Positions 1 through 9,772 are shown, numbered from the stretch's first letter. The stretch is 64,000 nucleotides of DNA from Flavobacterium sp. (GCF_003497625.1 NZ_DNNO01000031.1); one strand, 5' to 3'. The notes: a model not told the origin generated them from the sequence alone. Numbers and translations: made by a program.

Positions 1-1719
1 CTTTTTAATATGAACCAGTCTGTTGATGACGAATATTATTTTCGCTATGCTCAAACATTAAAAGCGGTTGGCGATTACAAAAAGGCAGACCAAATAATGG
101 CAGAATTTAATGCAAAAAACAGTTCCGATTTAAGAGGTAAATTAGCCAAATCTCAAAGTGATTATTTAACCGAAATTAAGAAAAATTCAGGACGCTATAA
201 AGTTGAAAATGCAGGTATCAACTCGCAATTTTCAGATTATGGTGCCGCTTTTTATAAAGATGAAATCGTTTTTACTTCAGCAAGAGATAGCAGTGGTGTT
301 TCAGGTAGAAAACATAGTTGGACTAATCAATCGTATACCAATTTGTACAGTGCTACTAAATCAGATGATAATAATCTTGGAGCACCTGAGAAATTTTCTA
401 AAAGCGTTGCTTCTAAATACCATGAATCTACTCCTGTGTTTACAAAAGATGGCAATACTATGTATTTTACTCGTAACAACTTTTTAAATGGTAAAAAAGA
501 AAAAAATGCAGACCAAACCATTCTTTTAAAAATATACAGAGCTAGAAAAAAAGACAACAAATGGATTGATATTGATGAATTACCATTTTGTAGTAACAAT
601 TACAGCGTGGCACACCCAGCATTAAGTGCTGATGAAAAAACTTTGTACTTCGCTTCAGATATGCCAGGAACCATTGGAGCTTCGGATATTTTTAAAGTAA
701 GTGTTAACGCAGATGGAAGCTTTGGAGAACCTGAAAATTTAGGCAGTAAAATCAATACCGAAGCAAGAGAAACGTTTCCGTTTATTTCAGGAGATAACGA
801 ATTGTATTTTGCCTCAGATGGACATCCTGGACTTGGCGGACTTGACGTTTTTGTTGCCCAATTAAAACAAGATGGTACTATAGGGAATGTTAAAAATGTA
901 GGAGAACCAGTAAACAGTACCATGGATGATTTTGCTTTTATTATTGATACAAAAAGTAAAAAAGGATTCGTATCATCAAACAGAAAAGAGGACAATTTAG
1001 GGTATGATGATATTTTTAAATTTACTGAGATTATTCCTATTACTTATGATTGCGAGCAGTATCTTAACGGAATTGTTGTTGATGAAGATTCGCAAGAGCC
1101 AATTGCTAATGCAAAAGTCGTCTTATATGATCCAGTAGAAACAAAGCTGAAAGAAGTAACTTCAGATGCAATAGGTAAATACGATTTTGGAGTAGTAGAT
1201 TGTGGTACAAAATTCAAAATTAGAGCAGAGAAACCAACATATAATGCTAACGAAATAACGGCTTACATTCCTAATGAATCTGGAATTACCGATACTAAAA
1301 TTGCTTTAGAATTAACTGAGAAACCAATGAAACCTGGTGATGATTTAAGAACAGCATTAGGAATCGACATTATTTACTTCGATTTAGATAAATCTAACAT
1401 CCGTCCAGATGCAGCTGTAGAATTAGCAAAAGTAGCTGAGGTAATGAAACAATACCCAAACATGCATATTGATGTGCGTTCACATACCGATTGCCGACAA
1501 ACAGCTAAATACAACGAAGCTTTATCGGATAGAAGAGCAAAAGCAACCATTGCGTGGTTGGTGAAAAACGGAATCGATAAAAAGAGAGTAACAGGCAAAG
1601 GATACGGAGAATCAAAATTAGTAAATGATTGTGGATGTGAGACTACAAATGAATCAAATTGTTCAGAAGATCAGCATCAAAAAAATAGAAGAAGTGAGTT
1701 TATTATAATGAAGTTTTAA
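1..1719 (+). CDS. OmpA-family outer-membrane protein (TPR-like N-terminus, TolB-like beta-propeller repeats, CarboxypepD_reg-like domain, OmpA C-terminal domain); probably 5'-partial
   Basis: ORF 10..1719, with the frame open back to nt 1, so the start is probably upstream of the window. C-terminus carries an OmpA_C-like signature (IYFDLDKSNIRPDA ... LSDRRAKATIAWLVKNGI ... GYGESKL ... NRRSEF). Confidence 0.85.
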   Translation, partial: LFNMNQSVDDEYYFRYAQTLKAVGDYKKADQIMAEFNAKNSSDLRGKLAKSQSDYLTEIKKNSGRYKVENAGINSQFSDYGAAFYKDEIVFTSARDSSGVSGRKHSWTNQSYTNLYSATKSDDNNLGAPEKFSKSVASKYHESTPVFTKDGNTMYFTRNNFLNGKKEKNADQTILLKIYRARKKDNKWIDIDELPFCSNNYSVAHPALSADEKTLYFASDMPGTIGASDIFKVSVNADGSFGEPENLGSKINTEARETFPFISGDNELYFASDGHPGLGGLDVFVAQLKQDGTIGNVKNVGEPVNSTMDDFAFIIDTKSKKGFVSSNRKEDNLGYDDIFKFTEIIPITYDCEQYLNGIVVDEDSQEPIANAKVVLYDPVETKLKEVTSDAIGKYDFGVVDCGTKFKIRAEKPTYNANEITAYIPNESGITDTKIALELTEKPMKPGDDLRTALGIDIIYFDLDKSNIRPDAAVELAKVAEVMKQYPNMHIDVRSHTDCRQTAKYNEALSDRRAKATIAWLVKNGIDKKRVTGKGYGESKLVNDCGCETTNESNCSEDQHQKNRRSEFIIMKF

Positions 1720-1795
1720 GACACTATCTAAACAAAATTTTTAATAAGAATTAGAATAATTAATGTCTAATACGTAAGCAAATAAATTAAATGGT

Positions 1796-2116
1796 ATGAA
1801 AACATTATATGTTTTTGATTCGTCGGTGTATTATGTCACAAAATTGATGAGTTCATTTGTAAATAAAAAAGATATAAATTTTTCTTTTATTTCGATGGAT
1901 AATAATTTAAAAGACAAAGAAATAATTTACATAGTAAATGATACCAATGATTTTATTGAGTATTTAGTTGTGAGAGAAAATTGTAAAAAAATACATTTGG
2001 TTATTACCAATGTGTTTTTGGTTAAAAAATTGAGTTTAATAAAAGCATTTGATTTTTACACATACGACCAATTTGAAAAATATTTAGCAACAAAAAACGA
2101 GGTGAAATTAGTATAA
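1796..2116 (+). CDS. small hypothetical protein (106 aa), possibly a degenerate receiver-like fold
   Basis: Isolated ORF in an intergenic gap with no overlapping longer ORF. Starts MKTLYVFDSS with alternating hydrophobic strand/helix pattern. No recognisable catalytic motif. Confidence 0.4.
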   Translation: MKTLYVFDSSVYYVTKLMSSFVNKKDINFSFISMDNNLKDKEIIYIVNDTNDFIEYLVVRENCKKIHLVITNVFLVKKLSLIKAFDFYTYDQFEKYLATKNEVKLV

Positions 2117-2151
2117 ATTACTTACTAATTCTACCTCCGTCACTTCGAGTG

Positions 2152-2189
2152 TTTTGCATTTGTAAAGCCTCAGATTTACAAATGCAAAA
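2152..2189. repeat. perfect 15-bp inverted repeat (stem-loop) just downstream of the 106-aa ORF
   Basis: ttttgcatttgtaaa (2152-2166), loop gcctcaga, then tttacaaatgcaaaa (2175-2189). No T-run follows on either strand. Confidence 0.6.
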
Positions 2190-2603
2190 TGTATCGAGAA
2201 CTGAAGAAATGGTTTTTTTATTACAGTTCATACATTTTATATAAAAACACCTAAATGGGTTATATAATATTTTTTCGTGCTCAACATGTGCATTTCATCG
2301 ATTAATTATTTCTCTCCTTTTCATTATTCACAGAACAACATCGCTTATTACATGAAACCTACCGATTAATACAATTATAAAAATCAAAATAACTTTAAGT
2401 GTTAATTTTACTCTAATATCAATCAGCAATGCGTTATAAGTTGATTCTTAGAGGTGTAATGAAGCTTTTTGAAAGCTGTCATTTTTAAGTGGCAAATGAA
2501 CTATAATGTTCATATGGGTTTAAATAAGTATAACTTAATTCAATTTTTTATGTTAGAGAAAATTACTTTTAATCATTGCAGTATAAACAAAATTAGCTTT
2601 TTA

Positions 2604-3530
2604 ATGAAAGCGTTTATGTTGCTAGGGTTTGTGCAAATGAATTATGCACAAATGGCAAATAATGGGGCGTTGTACATTGCTGACAATGCTACTTTTTTTC
2701 TTGCGTCTGGTAATCTTACATTTGGTCCTGCTCCAGCCACAACAGCTACTACAAAGTCAGGATTAAATCATGGGGTTTTGACTCTTGGAGAGATGGTTAC
2801 AACGACAGGCGCATCTAATTCGCATTTTGTGAATGGATACGTTAGGGCTATGGGTACAACGGCTCAAGTATTACCAATCGGTGATGCTGGTACTATAGCA
2901 AGAGTAAGGGTGGTTCCTTCAGCTAATTTTGGTGTTGAGGCAGCTGCTTTTAAAACAAATCCTTCAACTATTGGTACAGCACTTTCGGGAGTTGTAACTG
3001 ATATTTCGGATGTTGAGTATTGGGATATTAATGGTACACCAACTACTGTAATTAGTTTGTCTTGGAGTGCTGGTTCTGGAGTTTCAGCATTAACGGAGGC
3101 AGATCTTAATAAATTGTTAATTGTTGGTTGGAATGGTTCAGCATGGGTCGAAATTCCTGCAACGGTTGATGTAAATGCATTTTTTGGAGGAGCTAGTTCT
3201 TTCACTTCTGGTAGTATTACCACAGGTGGGGGCGTAGATTTAACTGCTTTTTCTGAGTTTACACTTGGTGCTAAAAACACCTTATCATCTAACGATTTTG
3301 CAAATTCTAATCTTTTTGCAACAATAAATAATGATGCATTGCAAATTGAAGCTGCAACAGAAATGAAAAACGTTACTGTTTATGACTTAACGGGTCGTGT
3401 AGTTGCACGTTACGGAGTTAATGGAGAAACAACTTTAAATAAAGATTTTTCTCATGCCTCAGGTGTGTATCTAGTTCAAATTGAACTTGAATCAGGAGCT
3501 GTGTTAACTAAAAAACTAATAAACCAATAA
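2604..3530 (+). CDS. secreted protein with T9SS (Por) type A C-terminal sorting domain
   Basis: ORF 2469..3530. The likely start is ATG 2604 (MKAFMLLGFVQMNYAQ signal peptide). The C-terminal ~80 aa (VTVYDLTGRVV...GVYLVQIELESGAVLTKKLI) resembles a T9SS CTD. Confidence 0.75.
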   Translation: MKAFMLLGFVQMNYAQMANNGALYIADNATFFLASGNLTFGPAPATTATTKSGLNHGVLTLGEMVTTTGASNSHFVNGYVRAMGTTAQVLPIGDAGTIARVRVVPSANFGVEAAAFKTNPSTIGTALSGVVTDISDVEYWDINGTPTTVISLSWSAGSGVSALTEADLNKLLIVGWNGSAWVEIPATVDVNAFFGGASSFTSGSITTGGGVDLTAFSEFTLGAKNTLSSNDFANSNLFATINNDALQIEAATEMKNVTVYDLTGRVVARYGVNGETTLNKDFSHASGVYLVQIELESGAVLTKKLINQ

Positions 3531-3561
3531 AACTTTTACTCAAAATTAAAATTCAAACAAG

Positions 3562-4272
3562 ATGAAAAAAATAACTAAAATATTCGTATTTGCAGGAGTA
3601 TTAATGACAGCTATGGCTTCTGCTCAAGTAGGTATTGGAACGACTACACCAGATGATTCAGCAATTTTAGAATTAGAAAGCACTTCAAAAGGATTGCGTT
3701 TACCAAGAATGACAACAGCACAAAGAACTGCTATTGCTTCTCCTGTTTCTGCTTTACAAGTTTATGATACTACTACAAATTCTATTTGGATTTATAATGG
3801 TACTGCATGGACAGAAGTTGGCGCAGGTGGTTCAGGTACAAATGTGTATACAGCTGATGGTCAATTAACAGGTGTTAGAACTGTAGATCAAAACAATAAT
3901 AACTTAACGTTTCAAACGGGTACAGCTAAAACAATTGTAAATGGTAATTTCCAAACTACAGGTTTGTTGTATGCTAAATCTCCTAGAGTACATCCTATTG
4001 CTGCTGCTATAACTTGGCAGGCTGACGATGTGGTTATTTTATTACAAAGTACACATTCAGGTCAAATAGTATTGCCTTCTGCTAGTGCAAATCCTAACAG
4101 ATTAGTAGGAATTAACAACCGTTCTGGAGGAGCAAGAACTTTTGCAAATGTAACAGGTGGTGATACAGGAATTTATGCTGATGAAGCGCTAAGTCAAATT
4201 GCTTCAGGTAGTGGAGTTTCATGGTATGTTTCTGATGGTACATCTTGGAGATTATACTCAGGAAGACCATAA
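3562..4272 (+). CDS. secreted hypothetical protein with VGIGTTTP / GLRLPRMTTAQR...VYDT...YNGTAW module
   Basis: Signal peptide MKKITKIFVFAGVLMTAMASAQ. The module recurs in the two downstream paralogues. Confidence 0.7.
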   Translation: MKKITKIFVFAGVLMTAMASAQVGIGTTTPDDSAILELESTSKGLRLPRMTTAQRTAIASPVSALQVYDTTTNSIWIYNGTAWTEVGAGGSGTNVYTADGQLTGVRTVDQNNNNLTFQTGTAKTIVNGNFQTTGLLYAKSPRVHPIAAAITWQADDVVILLQSTHSGQIVLPSASANPNRLVGINNRSGGARTFANVTGGDTGIYADEALSQIASGSGVSWYVSDGTSWRLYSGRP

Positions 4273-4301
4273 GTTATTCTGTAAAAAAAATTAAAACACA
4301 T

Positions 4302-4365
4302 ATATCCCCATTACTAAACCTTTTGCGTTAATTAACTCCTATGGTTAAAATGGGGATATTTTTTA
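4302..4365 (+). terminator. terminator-like hairpin with long loop and T-run
   Basis: atatccccatt (4302-4312) pairs with aatggggatat (4349-4359) and is followed by tttttt. The 36-nt loop is long for a canonical terminator. Confidence 0.45.
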
Positions 4366-4387
4366 TCACTCAAAATAAATTTATACT

Positions 4388-4753
4388 ATGAAAAAATTTC
4401 TCTTTTTAATAGTATTAGTTAGTACGTCTGCCATTGGTCAGGTGCTATCTAATCAGCCAGTTGTAAATCAAATTACAGATCAAAATCCGTTTTTGGATGC
4501 CTCAACTAGCTTTAATGGACCAGGTTCTATAGGAAAAGGACTTGTGTTCCCTCAAACCGATTTAACGGCTTGGACTTTTGATACTAGCGGTTTAGATGGG
4601 ATTAATTTTCCTTCCGCTTTTGACGGTATGATTGTATATAACACAGCTTCTGGGTCTACATTAGAAAATCAAGGTCAAATTGTTTCTGTTACACCAGGTT
4701 TTTATTATTTCTCAAATCCAGGAGCTACAGATAACATTGCAAACGGGCAATGG
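4388..4753 (+). repeat. 366-bp direct repeat copy 1 (5' module shared by the two paralogues)
   Basis: Hand alignment with 5915..6280 gives roughly 93-95% nt identity. Homology ends abruptly after ...aacgggcaatgg. Confidence 0.85.
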
Positions 4754-5752
4754 AGAAAAATGGGTTCTGGTTTAGGTCTTTCAGACTGGAGTGCTATTGG
4801 ATCTAGAAATTATACAATTCCTGGTACTTCAATCCCAGCTAAAACAGATTCAATTACAAATACCTTAGGTAATAACAGAAGAATTCAAATAAGAGATACT
4901 GAAAGGTTAGATACTAATGCAAAAAACGCAAGTTTTGATGTAAGTGCAGACAAGTCTACTGGCGAAAAAATGTCTTCTAGCAACTTAAATGGTAATGGTT
5001 CACTTCTTCTCCATAGGTTTTCAACTGTTAATGATTCTCCCCATCTTATGGGATATATTGATGCTAACGATGAAACTCGAGATGGATATATAAGACAATC
5101 ATTTTTTAACTATCAAAATGGTACAAACGTTGCAAATAGAGCATTAGGTTATGGAGTTGAATTTTTTGGGGTTGCGTCAAATGGATTTAATCTGAAAATA
5201 AACAACAAGCAATTTCAAGCTAGTAATGGTTCATTTAATATAAGCGCTGATACACTGTCAGGATTTAGTGTTTCGGGTGGAAAATTTGTTAATGGAAATA
5301 CCATTGGTAAATATAAATATGCAAAGTTTATTACAAGAACAGGTCTTAGTGGTACTGGAAGTTTAGCGGAATTAGCAGTAAGTATTAATAGAGATGTTGA
5401 TGGTGAAAACTGGCAGGGTTCTACCATTCGTTTAGAAAAAACAATTGACAATAGTACTTCTATGGGGTTTATTGATTTTGGTTTAGCCGATGGAAATTTA
5501 GATACGGATCAATCTTTAGGTTTTGGTGTAGCTAACACAACAACTATGGTTTTGAGAAGGTCTAATAGTGATCCCAAAGTTGGTATAGGAACACTTAATC
5601 CACAAGCTAAGCTAGATGTAAATGGTTATATTAAGTTAGGTTCAGCAGATACTACTGGAGATGCAGCACCACAAGCAGGTATGTTACGTTTTAACACAAC
5701 TAATAATAAATTCCAAGGATACGATGGTACTACTTGGGTAAATTTAAATTAA
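4388..5752 (+). CDS. secreted hypothetical surface protein (paralogue A; conserved N-module, unique C-terminus ending in a KVGIGT tail-fibre-like motif)
   Basis: Signal peptide MKKFLFLIVLVSTSAIGQ. The first ~122 aa are nearly identical to ORF 5915..7849. Confidence 0.8.
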   Translation: MKKFLFLIVLVSTSAIGQVLSNQPVVNQITDQNPFLDASTSFNGPGSIGKGLVFPQTDLTAWTFDTSGLDGINFPSAFDGMIVYNTASGSTLENQGQIVSVTPGFYYFSNPGATDNIANGQWRKMGSGLGLSDWSAIGSRNYTIPGTSIPAKTDSITNTLGNNRRIQIRDTERLDTNAKNASFDVSADKSTGEKMSSSNLNGNGSLLLHRFSTVNDSPHLMGYIDANDETRDGYIRQSFFNYQNGTNVANRALGYGVEFFGVASNGFNLKINNKQFQASNGSFNISADTLSGFSVSGGKFVNGNTIGKYKYAKFITRTGLSGTGSLAELAVSINRDVDGENWQGSTIRLEKTIDNSTSMGFIDFGLADGNLDTDQSLGFGVANTTTMVLRRSNSDPKVGIGTLNPQAKLDVNGYIKLGSADTTGDAAPQAGMLRFNTTNNKFQGYDGTTWVNLN

Positions 5753-5914
5753 GAACAGATTAACTAACTCTTTAATTTAATAAACTAAATGTAAATTGTT
5801 TTTAAAGCAAGAATAATTTGCATTTAGTTCATGTATAGCTTATGGTTTTTCAAAGGGATTCTATTTTAGAAAACCATAAGCAATATATTAAAATAATATT
5901 TAAAATTTAAATAT

Positions 5915-6280
5915 ATGAAAAAAATACTTTTCTTAATATTATTAGGAAGTACTTCTGCCATTGGTCAGGTGCTATCTAATCAGCCAGTTGTAAATCAAAT
6001 TACAGATCAAAATCCGTTTTTAGATGCCTCAACTAGCTTTAATGGGCCAGGTTCTATTGGAAAAGGACTTGTTTTTCCTCAAACCGATTTAACAACTTGG
6101 ACTTTTGATACTAGCGGTTTAGATGGGATTAATTTTCCCTCCGCTTTTGACGGTATGATTGTGTATAACACAGCCTCTGGGTCTACATTAGAGAATCAAG
6201 GGCAAATTGTATCTGTTACACCAGGGTTTTATTATTTTTCTAATCCAGGTGCTACAGATAACATTACAAACGGGCAATGG
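5915..6280 (+). repeat. 366-bp direct repeat copy 2
   Basis: See 4388..4753. Confidence 0.85.
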
Positions 6281-7849
6281 ATTAAATTTGAAGCTGGCGC
6301 TGCTGGCGGAAAGTTTGTTGATGGTACTGATCCTGCAGACGCAGTGTATACATCAGGAAAAGTGGGAATTGGAACAACAACTCCATCTCACAAGCTTACT
6401 GTAAAAGGTGATGATGCTGTATTCTTACTAGAAAATGCTGCTGGAAATTCAAAATTAGCCATTACATATAATGATATACTAAATGCAGATTCAAAGTTTG
6501 CTTTTCCTCAAATTATTGTGCGTTCTACATCTGAGAGTATAAATAAAAATATATCTATTGAACCAGGTGTTGGGTCTAGTACTGATCCTGCTTTACAAGG
6601 AGGTACAGTAGGTATTAATAATAATTCAGGTGTAAAATCTGCTACATATTTCAATGGTTCTGGAGGTTCTATTGTTCGCTTTGGAGTTGGTCAAAATAAC
6701 GGGGCATTTAGAAGAGAAATTGATAATATGGAAATTTATTCGGATAGAATTGCAATGCAAGGTAGATTGGTTGTTCCTGAAATTAGAGATTACAATAATA
6801 GTGCTTTTAAATCTTCAGCAGCTTTATCTTTTCCAGGAGTTACAACAGCAGGTTTATTGCCGCCTAAATTAACTACAGCTCAGATGCAGGCACTTGCTCC
6901 TCAGAGTGGTTTAATGGTTTATAATATTTCTATTAATTGTTTAATGTATTATGATGGTACAGAATGGCGTTGCGATAAAAACGGATCAGTTTTTCCTTCA
7001 ACGAATCCTAATTTAGCTAGTTTGGGAGCAACACTATTACCACAAGCTAATTATTGTGGGGACAAAGTCATTTCCAATACAGGTTGTGCAAGTGTTAGTG
7101 GTGCTACCATTAATGATGATGTTGCTACAACACTTGGAGTAGAGTATAACTGGACAGATGGTATGGCTTCTATGGGGCAAACAACTAGAGCTTTAGTTGA
7201 AATTAATGGTCAATGTTGGTTTAGATTTAATCTTAACGTTGCTCCGTCTAATTACCCTAATACACCTAATACAGGTCAAAATATTTACACACTAACTTCT
7301 CCTAGAGAAAATACTTATGCTGAATACAACGCATCTTGGGGATACTATAATACAGTGACACCTGATTTTTCTTTAGGTTGGGCTACGGCTCCAGCATTTC
7401 CAGAGGAAGGGGCGCTTTATCAATGGACAGCTGCGATGAATGGTTCAAGTCAAGAAAGAGCTCAAGGAGCGTGTCCTACAGGATTCCATGTGCCATCTGA
7501 TTGTGAATTCCTTTATTTAGAATCATCTTTGGTTGGTGGTTGGAATAATGAGTTGGAATTAATGAATAATGTTCGTTTGAATGATTTAGGGGAAGGTAAT
7601 CCTGGTACAAAATTGAGAAATTTTGGAAATAACCATGATGGCGATTTAAATCGTTCAGGCTTTAATGCTTATCAAACAGGATTACTTAATTCTATAACTT
7701 TTTTGAATAGAAATTTACCTTATTTTTGGAGTTCAACAGGTACTACTAACTCGGCAGTTTATAGAAGTTGGGGTGCTGGTTCTAGAGGGGTTTCAAGATG
7801 GGAAGTTCAGAAGAACTTTGCGAAATCTGTTCGTTGTTTAAAAGACTAA
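5915..7849 (+). CDS. secreted hypothetical surface protein (paralogue B) with C-terminal FISUMP-like (Fibrobacter succinogenes major paralogous) domain
   Basis: Shares the N-module with 4388..5752. The C-terminal ~200 aa carry GQCWFRFNLN ... YQWTAAMNG ... GACPTGFHVPSDCEF ... WSST, which matches my recollection of the FISUMP domain pattern. Confidence 0.8.
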   Translation: MKKILFLILLGSTSAIGQVLSNQPVVNQITDQNPFLDASTSFNGPGSIGKGLVFPQTDLTTWTFDTSGLDGINFPSAFDGMIVYNTASGSTLENQGQIVSVTPGFYYFSNPGATDNITNGQWIKFEAGAAGGKFVDGTDPADAVYTSGKVGIGTTTPSHKLTVKGDDAVFLLENAAGNSKLAITYNDILNADSKFAFPQIIVRSTSESINKNISIEPGVGSSTDPALQGGTVGINNNSGVKSATYFNGSGGSIVRFGVGQNNGAFRREIDNMEIYSDRIAMQGRLVVPEIRDYNNSAFKSSAALSFPGVTTAGLLPPKLTTAQMQALAPQSGLMVYNISINCLMYYDGTEWRCDKNGSVFPSTNPNLASLGATLLPQANYCGDKVISNTGCASVSGATINDDVATTLGVEYNWTDGMASMGQTTRALVEINGQCWFRFNLNVAPSNYPNTPNTGQNIYTLTSPRENTYAEYNASWGYYNTVTPDFSLGWATAPAFPEEGALYQWTAAMNGSSQERAQGACPTGFHVPSDCEFLYLESSLVGGWNNELELMNNVRLNDLGEGNPGTKLRNFGNNHDGDLNRSGFNAYQTGLLNSITFLNRNLPYFWSSTGTTNSAVYRSWGAGSRGVSRWEVQKNFAKSVRCLKD

Positions 7850-7867
7850 CTAACCCTTTATATTTTT

Positions 7868-7905
7868 AAAAGCTCCTTATTTAAAAATAAGGGGCTTTTA
7901 TTTTA
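7868..7905 (+). terminator. rho-independent terminator
   Basis: aaaagctccttattt / aaataaggggctttt hairpin followed by a T-rich tract, directly after the stop codon at 7849. Confidence 0.7.
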
Positions 7906-7928
7906 CTAATCTATTAAAATCGCCCAAC

Positions 7929-9299
7929 ATGAGATATTTACACTTTTTAATAGTCGTTTTACTAACACAGTTTACATTTGCACAAGATAGCATTCGCATA
8001 AGCGCCAATTTTTATAACAATACTCGTTTTTCAAAAGTTATAATCCAAAAATTTGGTATTGGAACTTTTAAAGTTGCCGCTTTGCCCATAACAAACAACT
8101 CATTTACAATTACTGCTCCTAAAAATATTGAGTCTGGTATTTATCGTTTTCAATATAGTGAAACAGAAAACGATTTTGTCGACGTTATTATTAATGGCAG
8201 CGAAAATGAAATACATTTTGAAATTGATGCCAATTCAGAAAACAGAAAGCCAAATTTTATAAAGTCTGTCGAAAATAAAAAATGGTATGCTTATAAAGAA
8301 AATGAAGCTGTCTTATTAAGTAAAATAAAAGCTTTACAGCTCTTTTTAGCCACTTTTCCTGAGCAAAGCAATAAGATTTGGATTTATAACAATGAAGCTT
8401 ACATAAAACTACAACAATTATTTAAGAAAGAACAACAACTATTTACTGATTCTAACCCTGGGTTTTGGGCTAAAAATATGGTAAAAAATCAGCCAGTGTA
8501 TTTTCCAGATGTTAAAAAACATTGGAAAATTCAAGATTCTGAAGCTAGAGAACAGTTTTGGAATACTATTGTTACGGATGATAGTAAGTTACAAAATACA
8601 CCGCTTTATACAGAACTTATTCTTGAATATCTTAGATATTATATGAATCCAGAGATGCAATTTACAGAGGAAGAAATGGTATATGGATTTATGAAAAGTG
8701 CAGATGATATTATGACTGCTTTTTCTAAAAATGAAGATTCGCAAAAATTCGCCCTTCAATTTTTGCAATTAGGGTTTAAAGAAATGGGAAAAGAAAAAGT
8801 ATTGCAATATTTAGATGAAAAATATGCTGAAATTGCTAGTCAATGTCAAGACGACAAAAACAAACAAGCTTTTGAACTTCGTATGGAAGGCTATAAAGCC
8901 ATGCAAAAAGGCACAGCTGCTCCAAATATTACATGGATGACAGCTAATGGAAAGGAAGCAAGTTTAAATGATTTAAAAACGGAAAAAGTTTTAGTGGTTT
9001 TTTGGGCTTCTTGGTGTCCTCATTGTATGGAGGCTATGCCAAAAATCAATGAATTTGCTAAATTAAATCAAGATGTTTCTGTTGTAGCTATAAGTTTAGA
9101 TACAGATTTTAAGGCGTATCAAAAACGAGCTTTGACATTAAATGAAATGTATCATTATTGCGATTACAAACAATGGGAAAGCAAACCAGTAGTTGATTAT
9201 TACATCTATGGGACACCCACAATGATACTAATTGATAAAGATAAAAAGATAGAATCTAAATTTACGAGCGAAAAAGAGTTGTTTGAATATTTTAAATAA
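7929..9299 (+). CDS. TlpA/AhpC-family thiol:disulfide oxidoreductase (thioredoxin-like) with long N-terminal domain
   Basis: Signal peptide present. The C-terminal thioredoxin fold has the CxxC motif VLVVFWASWCPHCMEAMPKI. Confidence 0.85.
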   Translation: MRYLHFLIVVLLTQFTFAQDSIRISANFYNNTRFSKVIIQKFGIGTFKVAALPITNNSFTITAPKNIESGIYRFQYSETENDFVDVIINGSENEIHFEIDANSENRKPNFIKSVENKKWYAYKENEAVLLSKIKALQLFLATFPEQSNKIWIYNNEAYIKLQQLFKKEQQLFTDSNPGFWAKNMVKNQPVYFPDVKKHWKIQDSEAREQFWNTIVTDDSKLQNTPLYTELILEYLRYYMNPEMQFTEEEMVYGFMKSADDIMTAFSKNEDSQKFALQFLQLGFKEMGKEKVLQYLDEKYAEIASQCQDDKNKQAFELRMEGYKAMQKGTAAPNITWMTANGKEASLNDLKTEKVLVVFWASWCPHCMEAMPKINEFAKLNQDVSVVAISLDTDFKAYQKRALTLNEMYHYCDYKQWESKPVVDYYIYGTPTMILIDKDKKIESKFTSEKELFEYFK

Positions 9300-9495
9300 C
9301 GCTTAAAAATCAGCAAATATTCCATTGTTACAACCGAATGTTACAACGATCGAAATGATTCCGAATTATGTTTTAAATTTGATATTAGTTGATGTGAGGT
9401 ATATTCATAATTATAGATTTGGGGTTAAATTATATGATTATACTTTTAGTAGGTTGAGTTTGTATTCTTGCATCAACTGATTAATTTAGGGGAAT

Positions 9496-9593
9496 GAACT
9501 TAGAACGTACAAGTGAAAGTTGAGTTTTTTTAGGCTAGAATTTTCCATTATAAATAATTGTAGTTGTTTTTTAACTTTCACTTGTTCTAAGTT
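9496..9593. repeat. long inverted repeat in a 470-bp non-coding gap
   Basis: gaacttagaacgtacaagtgaaagtt (9496-9521) versus aactttcacttgttctaagtt (9573-9593), giving ~21 paired nt with one bulge and a ~50-nt loop. Confidence 0.55.
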
Positions 9594-9772
9594 TATTATT
9601 AGAAAAAGTAAACAAAAAAAGGATTTGTTTACATGAATTAGAATAATTTGTTCTCAATATATTCAAATTAGGTAATCTGCTCCCTACTCTCTAGTAGTAA
9701 AATTAATTTAATCTTGGGCGGTTAAATTAGTTTTTTTCATAACTACTCTGGGGGCAGTTTTTTTTATGATTT

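Noticed and set aside
2864-3280. Antisense and shadow ORFs inside longer genes. Other examples are 203..487, 327..599, 600..995, 1374..1598, 5215..5451, 14867..15133, 15847..16086, 21691..21879, 23296..23547, 23839..24135, 27840..28055, 28741..28959, 29524..29730, 30630..30968, 37882..38070, 39966..40178, 40331..40585, 44885..45200, 53246..53530, 57912..58160 and 61538..61747
   Set aside because: All are fully embedded in, or antisense to, longer ORFs with clear family signatures. Such ORFs are typical frame shadows in AT-rich DNA.
4388-7849. Diversity-generating retroelement acting on the paralogous surface proteins
   Set aside because: There is no reverse transcriptase gene or template repeat in the window. 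The differences between the shared modules are not adenine-specific.
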